Shown here piece by piece: positions 11,986-24,242 of a stretch of 64,000 bases of DNA. Each line of letters begins with the position of its first letter. Position 1 is the stretch's first letter. A program made the position numbers and the translations under genes. The notes under the pieces were generated by a model. That model was not told where the DNA came from and did no database searches. It saw nothing but the letters and a program-made list of their open reading frames with translations. Origin of the DNA: Lingula anatina. Lineage: Eukaryota; Animalia; Brachiopoda. The stretch spans positions 30,820,401 to 30,884,400 of the forward strand of contig CM120641.1 of NCBI GenBank assembly GCA_051362555.1. The letters run 5' to 3'.

Positions 11986-14335
11986 ATGCAGTTGTCGAGA
12001 AAGACCCGAGTTGGTGTTAGCCATGAACGGATGCCGAGACTGACCGATGAAGAATACACAGCAATACAGCTGTTGCTTAACAGTAATGTCCCTGTCCGAA
12101 ATAGGACTGCCGCACAGCGTAATATGTACAAAAAGATTTACCTTCTGCAACTGGCAGAACATTCCGTATATGATCCATATTGTGAACAGACTCTCTCACG
12201 GATCTTGATAGACGGCAGGATTTTGCTTCCTCTTTCAGAGGTTAATGAATGTATTAAATATTTTTATGATAAAAGTAAAGGTGATGGCGCAAGAAATTGA
12301 GGTATCGACTGAGATCTGTTTACTATGGAATCGGCGAGAAAACAATTCAGAAATGCATAAATTCGATCCCTCTTCAACAGAGAAGAAGGCCTAAATTTCA
12401 AAATAAACCTGCCCTGAAACCAATTACTGAAAATACAATTCAACAACGAATACAAATAGACATAATAGACATGTCATCTGTGGCAGTAAAGCATAAGGGT
12501 ATAAAGTACAAGTACATTTTGTCTATTATTGATGTTTTAGTCGGTATTTGTGGCTGAGGCCTCTCAAGACCAAAGAAGCACAAGAGGTGGCCGCCAGCGC
12601 CGAGAACATTTTTCAGGAATGGGGAACGCCAACCAGAGTGCAAACAGACCAGGGAAATGAATTTAAAGGACAGTTCAAAGAATTATGCGACAAATTAAGA
12701 ATCAAAATGATTAAGAGTAGCCCTCACCACCCGCAAAGTCAAGGCAAGGACGAACGATCCCACCAAACTATAAAAGCAAAAATAAAATATGACCTTATAA
12801 ACGGAAAGAATGACTGGGTAGAGAATCTAATGAACTACCAAATGGCATATAATAACGGCTTTCATTCTGCTTTAGGCATGACGCCACATGAATGCCATTT
12901 TGGACTGAAAAAGAATACCCTAGATGGAAATGGCAGTGACGATATTAGACAGAAAGCAGTTAATATTTCAGAGGCTGCATCAAAGAAAATGATACAAAGA
13001 TCATTAACAAAATATCCCCCGTCTGTATACAATATAGGTGATCATCTCCTTCTCAAAACCTTGACAAAAGACCGCAGAGTAAGCCGAGGGGGCAAGTCAA
13101 TCAATAAGATTCAAGCCCAGAATTGCACTGTAGTTGAGCGAGATCTCATCACAGACAGATATAAGGTACAGACCCAGTGTCCTGATACTGGTGACACTCA
13201 ACAATATTGGGTTTCTGTGGCCGACTTAACGTCAAAGATACACAGCCACGAACAACTACGACAAAGAAAAGTTGTCACGAAGTCTATGTTGGAGAGGGCA
13301 TTGGAAGTGTTAAAGCATCGTTCAACTAAAAGGAACATTGGGACTTATTTTGGCCTTTCACAGATAGCATCTCTTTACAGCCTACAAATTGAACAAGATA
13401 ACCCTGGTGAAGGGAACTGTATGTTCCATGCCATATCCCAACAACTCTCCAGATATGGCATAATTATAAGCCATCGAGAAGTTAGGAGAAGGGTCGTACA
13501 CTTTATGCTAAACAACAGAAATATCTATAACGACGGGGGGTTCATTCACCTTGAAGACTTTATAGATGAAGAGTCATGGGAGGGATACGTCGAACGAATG
13601 TCTAGGGATGGCGAGTGGGGTGACCACATTACTTTGATTGTTGCTTCGTCTGTGTTCCGTGTTAGCATTACGATCATATCCACGGTGTCAGATCAACCAG
13701 TTATTATTACCCCTAGTGAGACACCGATAGGCAGCATCTTTCTTGGGCATATATCTGAAATGCACTATGTCGGTTTATGCCAAGAAGAAAACAACTTAGA
13801 GGAGACCATAATTTTATGTGAGCGGTGTGGTGAATCTGAAGCACCAGCATATCACTTCTGCCAGTTTGATGACTCCGGTATCATTTCCTTTGGAAAAATA
13901 ATTGATCTTCAAGCAACCAATCTCAATGACACAATACCGTTTGCTCCCTCACCGGCAGCCAGGAGGAATTCATCGCAAGTGGATGGCATGGCCCAAGGCT
14001 TATATGGTCCGGTCAAGAACTATATACCAGACCAGTACCATAAGTTTATACCAGACGACATACTAGATGCCTGCCTGGTCGACAACATCGAGGACATGGA
14101 TTTTATCCTAAGATCGAAAGAACTGAATTACACGACAGTTATTGTACAGAGATTCAGAAACGAAGCATACGATATTGAAATGAACGATGAGGGACAGGCA
14201 GCTCGTTTCACAATAGATCCCAACATTTTTAATATGCTAGTAGATCAATGCTCTTTTGAAGACAATTTTCCGCCTTCAAAATACTCTGTAAAGAAAGACG
14301 GTCAAACATATAATGAAAGAAGTAAAAAAGAATGA
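11986..14335 (+). CDS. Ginger2/KRBA2-type DDE integrase/transposase fused to an OTU cysteine-protease domain (two 1-nt frameshifts)
   Basis: Three consecutive ORFs join into QIDIIDM..YILSIIDV[FSRY]LWLRPLKTK..PTRVQTDQGNEF..HPQSQGKDERS, then PPSVYNIGD, then OTU motifs PGEGNCMFHA / WGDH / HY. The frameshifts lie in the AAA run (~12295) and TTTT run (~12537). A possible splice acceptor TTTCAG ends at 11963. Confidence 0.85.
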
Positions 14336-14507
14336 CTTTTATTATTATAGTGTATGATAAGATTTATTGGTATTGTTTGTTTCATTTCACAAATTTGATA
14401 TTTTGTATTAATGTATTTTTTCTGTAGGAAACTGTTTGCTAAGATAAAAGAAGAACTTGCGCACAAGATCATACCGATATAATTGTAGTACTATTACCAC
14501 CATTTTT

Positions 14508-14853
14508 TGTTACGTTGTTCCCGGTGGTAATATATTGATTGATCAACACAAGTCCAGAGTCCGGTTAAATATGGTGCTTTATTATTTCCTGTAAAATGAT
14601 TTCTTTACACATGTATTCTGGAGGGATCTAGAACACGCTGATAAAGTAAAACTGTGTTTTCTCAGATTTAGCCTTTCTTCTATGCTTCTTCTTGAATAGC
14701 TGTGAGAAATATCATGTATCTCTCTTGATGTTATTGCTATTACTTTTTTTCTGTGCTTCTTGAATAGCTGAGAGAAATAGGATGTATCTCTACTGATGTT
14801 ACTGCTTTTACTTTTTATTGGCGGGTTTGGACTTTATATACCCACATATTACA
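14508..14853 (-). mobile_element. Possible short solo LTR
   Basis: Minus strand reads TGTAAT...TATATAAA...AATAAA...GTAACA and has an internal ~60-bp duplication. No matching TSD. Confidence 0.35.
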
Positions 14854-15148
14854 TGTACGTGTTGTTAAGATGGATTTCCTTAAAAGTCACTTACAAGAAA
14901 CTTACACTAATATTTACTTATAGATTCAGCTTTCATATAACATATACAGAATATATAGTTTAATACTTGATACGGGCGTGTATCATGTGAGAGTGAAGGT
15001 TTACTTCATATTTACTTTATTATATAACGCTAATCTACAAAAAGAAAGACTGACCGAGAAAACGATGTCATACAACAATCAAAAAAATTAAGAACCAAAA
15101 CAGAACTTCACTACAGTTTGAACAGGGTATTATATCGTTATACACAGC

Positions 15149-15219
15149 ATAGTATAGTATAGTATAGTATAGTATAGTATAGTATAGTATAGTATAGTAT
15201 AGTATAGTATAGTATAGTA
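15149..15219. repeat. (ATAGT)n microsatellite
   Basis: Direct read. Confidence 0.95.
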
Positions 15220-18200
15220 GGCCCTATAGGGCAAAATTTTTGATCTAATAGATGCTTTTCATATTTAATATTGCATGTAATCATTCAGATAAAATTCTGT
15301 AACACTGTATTTTAATGCTGCACTGTCAAACATGTATAGATGGATGCGTTGAGCTCACCAATATGTATATTATAGACTCCCCAGTTGGAAAATCTTTTTC
15401 ATGGACTTACCTTTTTAGTCATAGAAGGGAAGAATTTAGTGGATTGCTTTTCATTTTCACCGGTTTTAATGGCCAAAATAATGCCTTTATTAAAAATACT
15501 AAGTGTATTGGTCAAGTACACACTAGTTAATTGATCTATGTAATAAGTGGGGCTTTGCATATTTAATAAAAAAATCTATGTCTTAGATATTTATTATTTT
15601 GGTACATAGATTAAGTAAAATTTCAGTATTTAATTCCTTTTATTACTAAAATTTCCACTATAAAGATATTATCTTCCAAGAATCACTCAACATCATTTGA
15701 GCTGTCCGTGTACTTGTGTTTTCCATTAAGTATAATGCTAATTATAGAAAGTAGTTCTTTTAAGAAATACTTCTGAAAAAGGCAGACTCCTTACATGTAA
15801 ACCTGCGTGTTGTTAAACGAACCACAGCGATCATTAAGTGAATATCGCTCTATATCTTGTATTTCTTTGACCATACATTTAATTGGAAAATTACCCCTAT
15901 GCTCTTAAACAGTTCAGTAAGCGTTTATCATAACATATATGGTTACTGCATTTTTTAATCTGAAAAATATAGAAAAGAAGTCACATAGACAGACAGAGCT
16001 TAATTTTGCTAAATTGAAAAGAACGACTTTAAAGTATGTATGTTTGAAACAGAATAAACAGTTGTGTATCAATAAATACACTCTGCTTTTGGTGCAGTGG
16101 ACGGGCGTTCGCATTGATATTAAAATATCATCAGACAAAAAATTCCTCGTATTCACTAATCAGCAAATGTTATATTAGGCTGTCCAAACCATTACGTTTG
16201 GTGTGTTGGAATGCTTCCCGGTTATATATTTCATAAAAGTAAAATGAACTACAGCATCCTATTCCATAACCACCTTTAGCAAGAGACTTGAAATAGTATT
16301 TTAAAATAGAAATAATAGAATGGAGAGATGGAACGTTTTGATACTAAAAAATTTCAAGAAGATAGTTAAAGATTTCTCAAAGCTTTACAGAGAAGACACT
16401 ATTCAGATTATCTAAGATCTTGAACATCTAAAGTCTTGATTTATTTCAGGTCTTAGATCTTTACATTCGCATAAATGACTACTATGACCGAAGATAAAAA
16501 AGAACCCAAGTGGAATAGTATATGTAAGGATTGTAAATAATTGTTATTTATATCTAAAATGCAAGAAAAGATTATATTTATTACTATTATATGTTTGGAT
16601 ACAAATGTCCTATGAAGTGGTAAATATCGCGAAGTCGCCTGAGGGTCCTGACTTTTTAACCAATGAAGTCGCCTTCTATCATGAAGTAGTAATACTTATC
16701 CCACGAAGTGGTAATATACTATGAAGTCTCCTAAGGGTCCTTATTTTTTAACCAATGAAGTCGCCTTCTATCATGAAGTAGTAATGCTTATCCCACGAAG
16801 TGGTAATATACCATGAAGTATGACGTCTCAATTTCTTTTTCGCCCTATACACATGTATATATCTTATTCAGTTGAATGGTCTTTATCGCAGCATCTTTAT
16901 TTAAGTTCATTAAAAACCACAAATCAAACGAATTGTGTGTACGCGCCGTAATGTACATGATCTTTGGATGGTTATTTTAAGTAATCCGATGTTGATAATT
17001 TCGAATCCCATACATTATAGTAGATGTGCGTACATGGAAAGCATCAAAACAGACTAAAGGCATTTTCGCGTCGATCATTATACCGTTTTATTTGCATCTC
17101 ATCTGTAGCGACATTTGTTGCCAGATTAACGAAGCACCGCGCAATTATGTAAGAGAACCACGAAAACAGAGCACCCGCACCAGACACGGGCATTTACTTT
17201 TGGTTGGTCCTTACGGGCTTGCACTCGACCGGAGGCAGAGTTGTGAATCAATCTACAGTATATTATTTTCCGTTTATATAAATGTTACCCTAGTCCCGCA
17301 TAACGCAAAAATTGGTCACTTTATGACCCTTTAAAACACCGCTACAGATGTAGACACTCCAACCCAATTAAATAAGTTTGATGTGAGAAAACTGTCAACA
17401 AAAAGTGAAAATGTGAGCCACATATATTTAGATTAATATCGGAATAAATATATGACACGTTCCATTACTTTCACTGGTTTATGTCATTGTACCCTCTAAC
17501 AGGGAAAGCTGTCAGCAGTTATTAAAAGTAATATGAAACATTAATAAAAACGTTATGCAAAACGTGAGCGGTTGGGATAAGTTAATTTACGCTCTCATCT
17601 TTCATATGAAAAAAAATTAATATTTATTACAAGAGTTCAGGGTGGGAGGGGGAGCATAAGGGCATAGCAACTATTATGTTATGAAATTAACGATTTGAAA
17701 TAAAAAAGTCAAGTTGAGCCTCTCTACTGATATATACTTTATCGTGTTTCGTGACTATCTAGCTTGGTCGGTTAAGAAGATATATACCCCCCCCCCCCCT
17801 GCCCACACTTATTTCAACCTGTAAGATTGGAAAGTCTGGCTCGGGCAATAAAATCTCACTATCTCCACATCTGGTTTCTATCAAGCGCGTTCAGAGCTTC
17901 AGAGCTTAGGACAAACATATTGCTCTTCGGGACAGGAAATCTGGAGAGGGGGAGTAGAGGAACATGCCTTCTCAATATGGAAAGCTATATATTTTTGGTA
18001 ATTCCCTTTGTAACATTCACAAACACTATAAAATACCCTTTCTCGAATTAATATCCTGTTCACACATTTCTGTAAATATCCTGAATTTAAATACTAATGT
18101 TAAATGTCAGAGACTTTAATTTATGACGAGAGAGAGAGAGAGGTTAAGACATTCTGTAAATGTCCAGAACTAGAGGAGAGTGTTTTAAACTAAACACATC

Positions 18201-19105
18201 TTGGCAATAACCCGTAGACAGTTAGCCTGCAGAGTGGTTTAGTTATTATGATCAACATAATTGTTTATATTTTTATTAATACCAAACAATTTTACTGTTT
18301 GCAGCTATACCTGTTTGGAACCTGTACTCTGCGCCATATAATAGCAATGGTGCAAAGTTTTGATATTGTAAAATCCTGCAATAAAATTTTCTTCAAATAT
18401 CAAATTTTATATTATATGGTTGAATACAACATCAGTAATAGAACAGTAATAGAATTCAGTATAATGATACTGAATTGTTGTAAAGACATGTAGGAAGCAG
18501 GGTGACCATATATGCTCCGAATTTTGTCGGAGAGGGAAATTTCTCGAGTTTGTTCACTGCCCTGTGAAGCCATATTTTGTGGCCTGAGATGCCGTATCCG
18601 TTACTTGACCTGACCTGTCAAAAGCACGTCTGGGCGCTCTTTTCATCTTTCGATTCTTCCACATTAATCAAGATACGGAGTATAGATTGCAAGTGCCCGG
18701 GGGGGGGGGGGGGGGAGCATGAAGGGAATAAATAATTATAAGTAGTATCCTTGCGACACAAGGGAACTCTGCAATTTATATCTTTCAATTAATGCTGTGA
18801 AATAATAGCCAGCTAGTCCGTTGATCTCGCGAATCAACCAAATGCCCGTTAGTTGAGTTGCTTAACTGCAAGTAATTAATCCCCTCCCCTCCCCCGAACG
18901 TCATACTGGCAGGTTTCCAAATAAAGACTATACCGCAGAAAAAGTCTGGGGCCCAAAAGAGAGTCAGCCAAGGACACGTTTTGGGAACACGCTTGAACAC
19001 GTCATGATGGACATTTACAGGTGTAGGACTAGAACAGAGCCTCTGGTAAACAGTTTAGAACCAAGGGACCGAACTTGATTTGAGGACCAGAAGACAGGCT
19101 TAACA

Positions 19106-19270
19106 CACGTAGACATACAGTGACAACACCATAATGCAGAGTAATAGCATGATTACAAACAAACAGATTGACAAAACTGACGTACGCAGTGCTCACTATA
19201 AATACAAACAAGAAGAGTGACGACACCAACAAACACAGTAAACAAAATAAATTTATGTAGCCAAATGTTC
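19106..19270 (-). repeat. Fragment of the ~350-bp satellite
   Basis: ACAGTGACAACACCATAATGCAGAGTAAT... matches the arrays at 42370 onwards. Confidence 0.8.
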
Positions 19271-19288
19271 ACAAGCACAACGAAGCTC

Positions 19289-20280
19289 TGTTTTTGCTCC
19301 AAATTAAGTAAGATAAGTCCATATGACTGAAAATTGTCATTTATTAATGACGAAAACTAATAAGATACAAAGTTACAAAACTGGGGAGATAATCAAACAC
19401 CCCCCCAAACTATGTAAGTGCCATAATGTAAAAATAATAAAGTATGTTAATGAGTGTAACCAGGATTAATCAAGAAAAATATGAGAAATCACAACAGCTA
19501 TAGGAGCAAAAAGTTAGCGCAAATGAAAATAAAAGGCTTAAATGACAAAAACTAGTAAGATACAAAGTTACAAAACTGGGGAGATAATGAAACATCCACC
19601 AAAGCCGGCCTAGGCTGAGAGCGAGCTACGCAACCCCTACCTTTTTAGGACGGGGACGTAGGTTTCCTCATTGCTCTGACAGCCCAAACATAGAGTTGTC
19701 TCTCTTGGCCTTAGTACTACCATATTTGCCCTGCATAGTACATTTACCTAACTATAGTTTTAAAATAATATATCTCACATGTATGATATATACCAATAAA
19801 CAAATGATAACCATTTAATCTTAAATGACTAATAAATGTACCAAACGAGTTATAGCTAACTATGATAAATACAACCATGTTACATTTAGCCAATGCTCAA
19901 ATCTGCTTCATTAGTCATGAAAAGAGAAGAAAAAATTATTAGGGGGGACAGGGTTGGGTTTAAATAATTTTACCAAAATTCACCTTAAAATTTTCATTCC
20001 TGAATAATGCACTACTTAATGTGGTTTTTGCTCCAAATTAAGTAAATTAAGTAAGATAAGTCCATATGACTGAAAATTGTCATTTATTAATGACGAAAAC
20101 TAGTAAGATACAAAGTTACAAGACTGTGGAGAAAATCAAACATCCTCCAAACTATATAAGTGCCATAATATAAAAATAATAAAGTATGTTAATGAGTGTA
20201 ACCAGAATTAATCAAGAAAAATATGAGAAATCACAACAGCTATAGGAGCAAAAAGTTAGCGCAAATGAAAATAAAAGGCC
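19289..20280. repeat. ~250-bp direct duplication (19289-19540 vs 20025-20280)
   Basis: TTTTGCTCCAAATTAAGTAAGATAAGTCC...GAAAATAAAAGGC occurs twice, with a partial third copy at ~19545. Confidence 0.75.
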
Positions 20281-20284
20281 ATAT

Positions 20285-21633
20285 GATGTGTCATTTTGTT
20301 AATTGTGATGCAATAATAAATAATGCTTATAATAGCACAGTCAGTCAACACTAAATTTTAATCATGCACAACAGGTAACATGGTTAATAACAGGAGTGGA
20401 TCTAGAGATATTTTCTGACAGTATTCCAAAGTATCTTTTTTATCCAATCTCCATTTTTGATGGTCTTCCAACAGAAAAATTAGATTCCCGTTAATTAATG
20501 TAAACCCAAAAGATGGTCTCCATATACCCCTTCAATAAGATTACAGTTTCAGGACCATGAGAGTTCAAATTCACATAATGAAAGTCCCAATATTTGAAAA
20601 ATGATGACAATGCATAACATAATATTACATAATGTTTAAAGACATAAATACCAATACAACTGCATATATGGAAATACAGAAAATGTGCAGAGACTCAGGT
20701 GGATGGGAGTTAAAAGTCACATCTTAAAAATGCCAGTGTTTGAAAAAAAAAATTAAAGTCATAATAACTCTTCGTTTTGGCCAAAAATACGATTTTCCTG
20801 GAAAAAACGGCAATTTTCCCGTACTTACCAATGGTCAACGACCCCATTCCTGCATTCAAAGTTAATCCAGGGTTTTTTTCCTAAACGTACAAATTTTTGT
20901 TAAAATCTCTTAAGAGATTTTAACTGACGGAGCCCTCTCTCTGACATGGCAGTCATGCGATATCGAGCGATTGTTTCTGGTGACCTACTTAAAACCGCGG
21001 GAAAAGCAGACAACAACAACACTATATAACAATATAATAAGATTCATAAGATATATTCATCTCATTGCTCAAAATGCATTTATATCTACAATGTGTGCAA
21101 TTCTGGGCTTTTCGTTATCTGACGCACTGTACAAAAACTCGCAACTTACGTCTGAGGGTTTCCCGCCAATGTTATTTTGGTCTCAAATGAACGCGAGAAT
21201 CCGCGTGACACCTAAACGTCATTGGCAACGGATGCACTTGTCGACCGTGAACAAAGGCATTGAAAGCCCAAGTGACAAGCACAGATTTTAGTTTTACTAC
21301 AATAACAGTCGTTTTAGTGGGAAAATGCAATAGAATATATTTCCAGGCGTTGTTTACAATGTATTTCTTGTTATTATTGCTTTAACATAAGAAAACTAGA
21401 AAAGCACTCAGAGAGCGCACACCTCCGCCAAGGCAGCAAAGTTTCCATCCAATGTGTGAGAAGAGTAAGTGACATGGTTTTCTTTTCGAGGTCACTATAG
21501 AGGCAGTGCCTAAAATAGGGTTTTGTTCAATTTTGATGCAATATTACACAAGTATCATGGATATTCAGAAAATGTGACTAGCCCATACAGTTCAGAGTCA
21601 TACCTTGAAAATCCAAAAATGTAAACAAGAGAT
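20285..21633 (-). mobile_element. Fragments of the HINE/pearl-like family found at 31345-34846, in reverse orientation
   Basis: 20290-20740 is the reverse complement of ~34320-34790. 21396-21435 carries a second HINE end (ACTAGAAAAGCACTCAGAGAGCGCACACCTCCGCCAAGG). Confidence 0.7.
20757..21381. mobile_element. Kolobok-like non-autonomous element, TTAA TSD
   Basis: TTAA|AGTCATAATAAC...GTTATTATTGCT|TTAA, with AG..CT termini. Confidence 0.65.
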
Positions 21634-22109
21634 AACCCCAGCAGGCAAAGTTGCGTTGGATCAACGTTGAAAACAGGTTGATACATTGAATTGCCATTGA
21701 ACTACCTAAATTCAACGTAAAATCAACGTTGATCCAGCCACGTCGAAACACCGTCATAATGTGACGTTGACTCAACGTTGTATTTTGGTCATTGACACAA
21801 CCTTGCAGACATGGATTATATTTTTAAATATTAATAATTGAAAACGTGATACTTTGTTTATCAATACTGTAACTAAATTTATCAAAATAATAACAAAATG
21901 GTTTTAAAGTAAAAGTGACAGTTGTTTTGTGTCTTAGTGAACTAGTGAATTTTCTTCACTTGTTATTCAGAAATACATTCCAATAAACTGAATTCCTTGC
22001 AAGGTCAGCTAACACTAGGATGAATAAGTTGCTGTAAATGTGATGGAGTGAATTAATAAAGTTAACAGTTCTTGGTAACCTGTTATACATAGACAGGTTG
22101 AGGTGACTG

Positions 22110-22579
22110 CCCAGCAGGCATAGTTGCGTTGGATCAACGTTGAAAACAGGTTGATACATTGAATTGCCATTGAACTACCTAAATTCAACGTAAAATCAAC
22201 GTTGTTCCAGCCACGTCGAAACACCGTCATAATGTGACGTTGACTCAACGTTGTATTTTGGTCATTGACACAACCTTGCAGACATGGATTATATTTTTAA
22301 AATATTAATAATTGAAAACGTGATACTTTGTTTATCAATACTGTAACTAAATTTATCAAAATAATAACAAAATGGTTTTAAAGTAAAAGTGACAGTTGTT
22401 TTGTGTCATTAGTTAAATAGTGAATTTTCTTCACTTGTTATTCAGAAATACATTCCAATAAACTGAATTCCTTGCAAGGTCAGCTAACACTAGGATGAAT
22501 AAGTTGCTGTAAATGTGATGGATTTAACAGTTCTTGGTAACTTGTTATAGATAGACAGGTTGAGGTGACTGTGACTTTG

Positions 22580-22662
<83 letters not shown>

Positions 22663-22950
22663 GGGTATATAAGAACTATATATATATATTAATCTAAACC
22701 TTGGAAATTTTAACTTAAAGCCATACATTTATACCCTACATATATTCAGCCATCAAACATGTCCTACTGCTAAACACATCCAGGCTAATTTCCCGCTGGG
22801 TGGGGTTGATAAAACATTGTTTTCTGACGTTGATACAACGTTGTTATCTGAGGTTGACACAACTTTCAAATCCAACGTTTATTCAATGTCTTATCAACGT
22901 TATGGTTCAACGTTGTTTCAATGTTAAAACAACATAATTTGCCCGCTAGG
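22110..22950 (+). mobile_element. CACTA/EnSpm-like MITE (inner complete copy) with (TA)n core and 2-bp TSD TG
   Basis: GACTG|CCCAGCAGGC...GCCCGCTAGG|TGTGACTTTG. The uninterrupted site GGTGACTGTGACTTTG is visible at 22564. Confidence 0.8.
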
Positions 22951-22965
22951 TGTGACTTTGTTATG

Positions 22966-24204
22966 TGTTGAAACCAATTATTATTGTTATTATTATTATT
23001 TACTATTGTTTAATAGCAACAGGATTATTCCTAGGAGAATGTTAAGTACTCTATGTATAGATTTGGAGACCCCTCTCTGTGAATTTGTAGCCCTCTCACT
23101 TCGCTAGCCTCCTAGCGCTGTCTCTGTATTGGGGTTAGATTATTGTATAACGGGTAGTGGCGCGTTCAATCTGGTGAGGGGTGTCGGCCAGACCCCATTG
23201 GTCAGTAACCCCCATGTTACGGGGATAAGTGGCGTGATCGATCTGGTGAGGGGTGTTGGCTGGATGTTATTGGCCAGAAACTCTGATATTAGTTAGTTAC
23301 TCTTAGAACGATCTTCATTCACTCACACGATACTCAGAAGATACACGCCGTTCTAGTTCTTCAGTAGGAAGACGCAACTCCGTCAACCGTAGGAGTTAAA
23401 GTAAGCGCTTTTATTTTATTAATATGTTAGTGAGATTATAGTGAGTTTTAAGGTTGTTTTAATGCTAAGTTATATGATTTAGTTCGTAAACATACCTTAA
23501 ATTGCTGCCGCGACGATCTTTGATAGCGTTCAGTGTCATTTAATGATACAGGTTTACTTAGGGTGATTTCGTGTTTGTTTTCGTTTGCGCAATGTGTCAC
23601 TACAATTTATCTGGCGTATTTCACTGTATAAACCCTCTGTAAAAGCTATATTCGATCGTAGAACGGCTATTTAGCTTAGTGCAAACTTACTGTATCAGCG
23701 TTGCTATTCAAGTGATATCGTGTAGAGTTTAGCGTGTCAGCGAATTTATTGTTGGTTCCCGTTTTCAGGTCATTGCGAATCTGTAGCACGTTCTCAGTAC
23801 TGCTTCGCACGTTTTAGCCGGTGACACCACTTCTTGTAAGAATTTATCTTTGTTTATCTAGTACGGTAAATGTTGTTGAATTTAGTACAGATACATGTAC
23901 GTTGTATTGTGCATTGGTATTGAAATTAGGCTCTAGTACGAAAAACGATCTTTAAAATTGCTCACTTTTATTACCGTACCTACCGTTAAGTTTTGTAGAG
24001 CCTTCTTACTATCGTCACAACTGTGTTACCGTAATTGCCCTTTAATTTTTAGACGAAATAGTTTTGTAAAGTTTACTTTGTTATTGTCTTTGTACTTATA
24101 TTTTGTTTATTTTTTCTTATTAAAGTTTACCGCTATTACATCTCAACAAGACGTGTTGTGTTGTATGGCAGGCTGTCTGATGACGATAGTCAACGGTCAG
24201 AACA
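22966..24204 (+). repeat. BEL LTR1 (~1.24 kb)
   Basis: Near-identical to 30208 onwards and 40917 onwards. Confidence 0.95.
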
Positions 24205-24242
24205 GTAAAAAGAAGTGAACCACTGCCCCAGACGTGAGCAAG

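Larger units (their letters stand above)
6477..16828. mobile_element. Second nested pair of inverted ends with subterminal (G)ACTTCAT/ATGAAGT repeats
   Basis: Left GGACGTCTACTTCATAGG plus repeated CGACTTCAT (6477-6580). Right repeated ATGAAGTCGCC ending ATGAAGTATGACGTCT (16610-16828). CAA on both flanks. Superfamily unresolved. Confidence 0.45.
5824..19105 (+). mobile_element. Large TGT..ACA TIR-bounded composite element, Ginger2/TDD-like
   Basis: 159-bp inverted repeats at 5824-5982 and 18947-19105 (about 13 mismatches by eye), starting TGTTAAGCC and ending GGCTTAACA. Encloses the DDE integrase-OTU gene. No TSD, and the flanks are unrelated (PolB vs satellite). Confidence 0.65.

Noticed and set aside
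3128-14335. PolB and the integrase as genes of one Polinton
   Set aside because: They are separated by TIRs that truncate PolB. The integrase has a PQSQG/KRBA2-type core and OTU rather than a Polinton chromodomain, and no capsid, ATPase or protease gene is seen.
5826-19103. piggyBac/Kolobok reading with a TTAA TSD
   Set aside because: The inverted match extends beyond TTAA to TG/CA, so TTAA lies inside the TIR.
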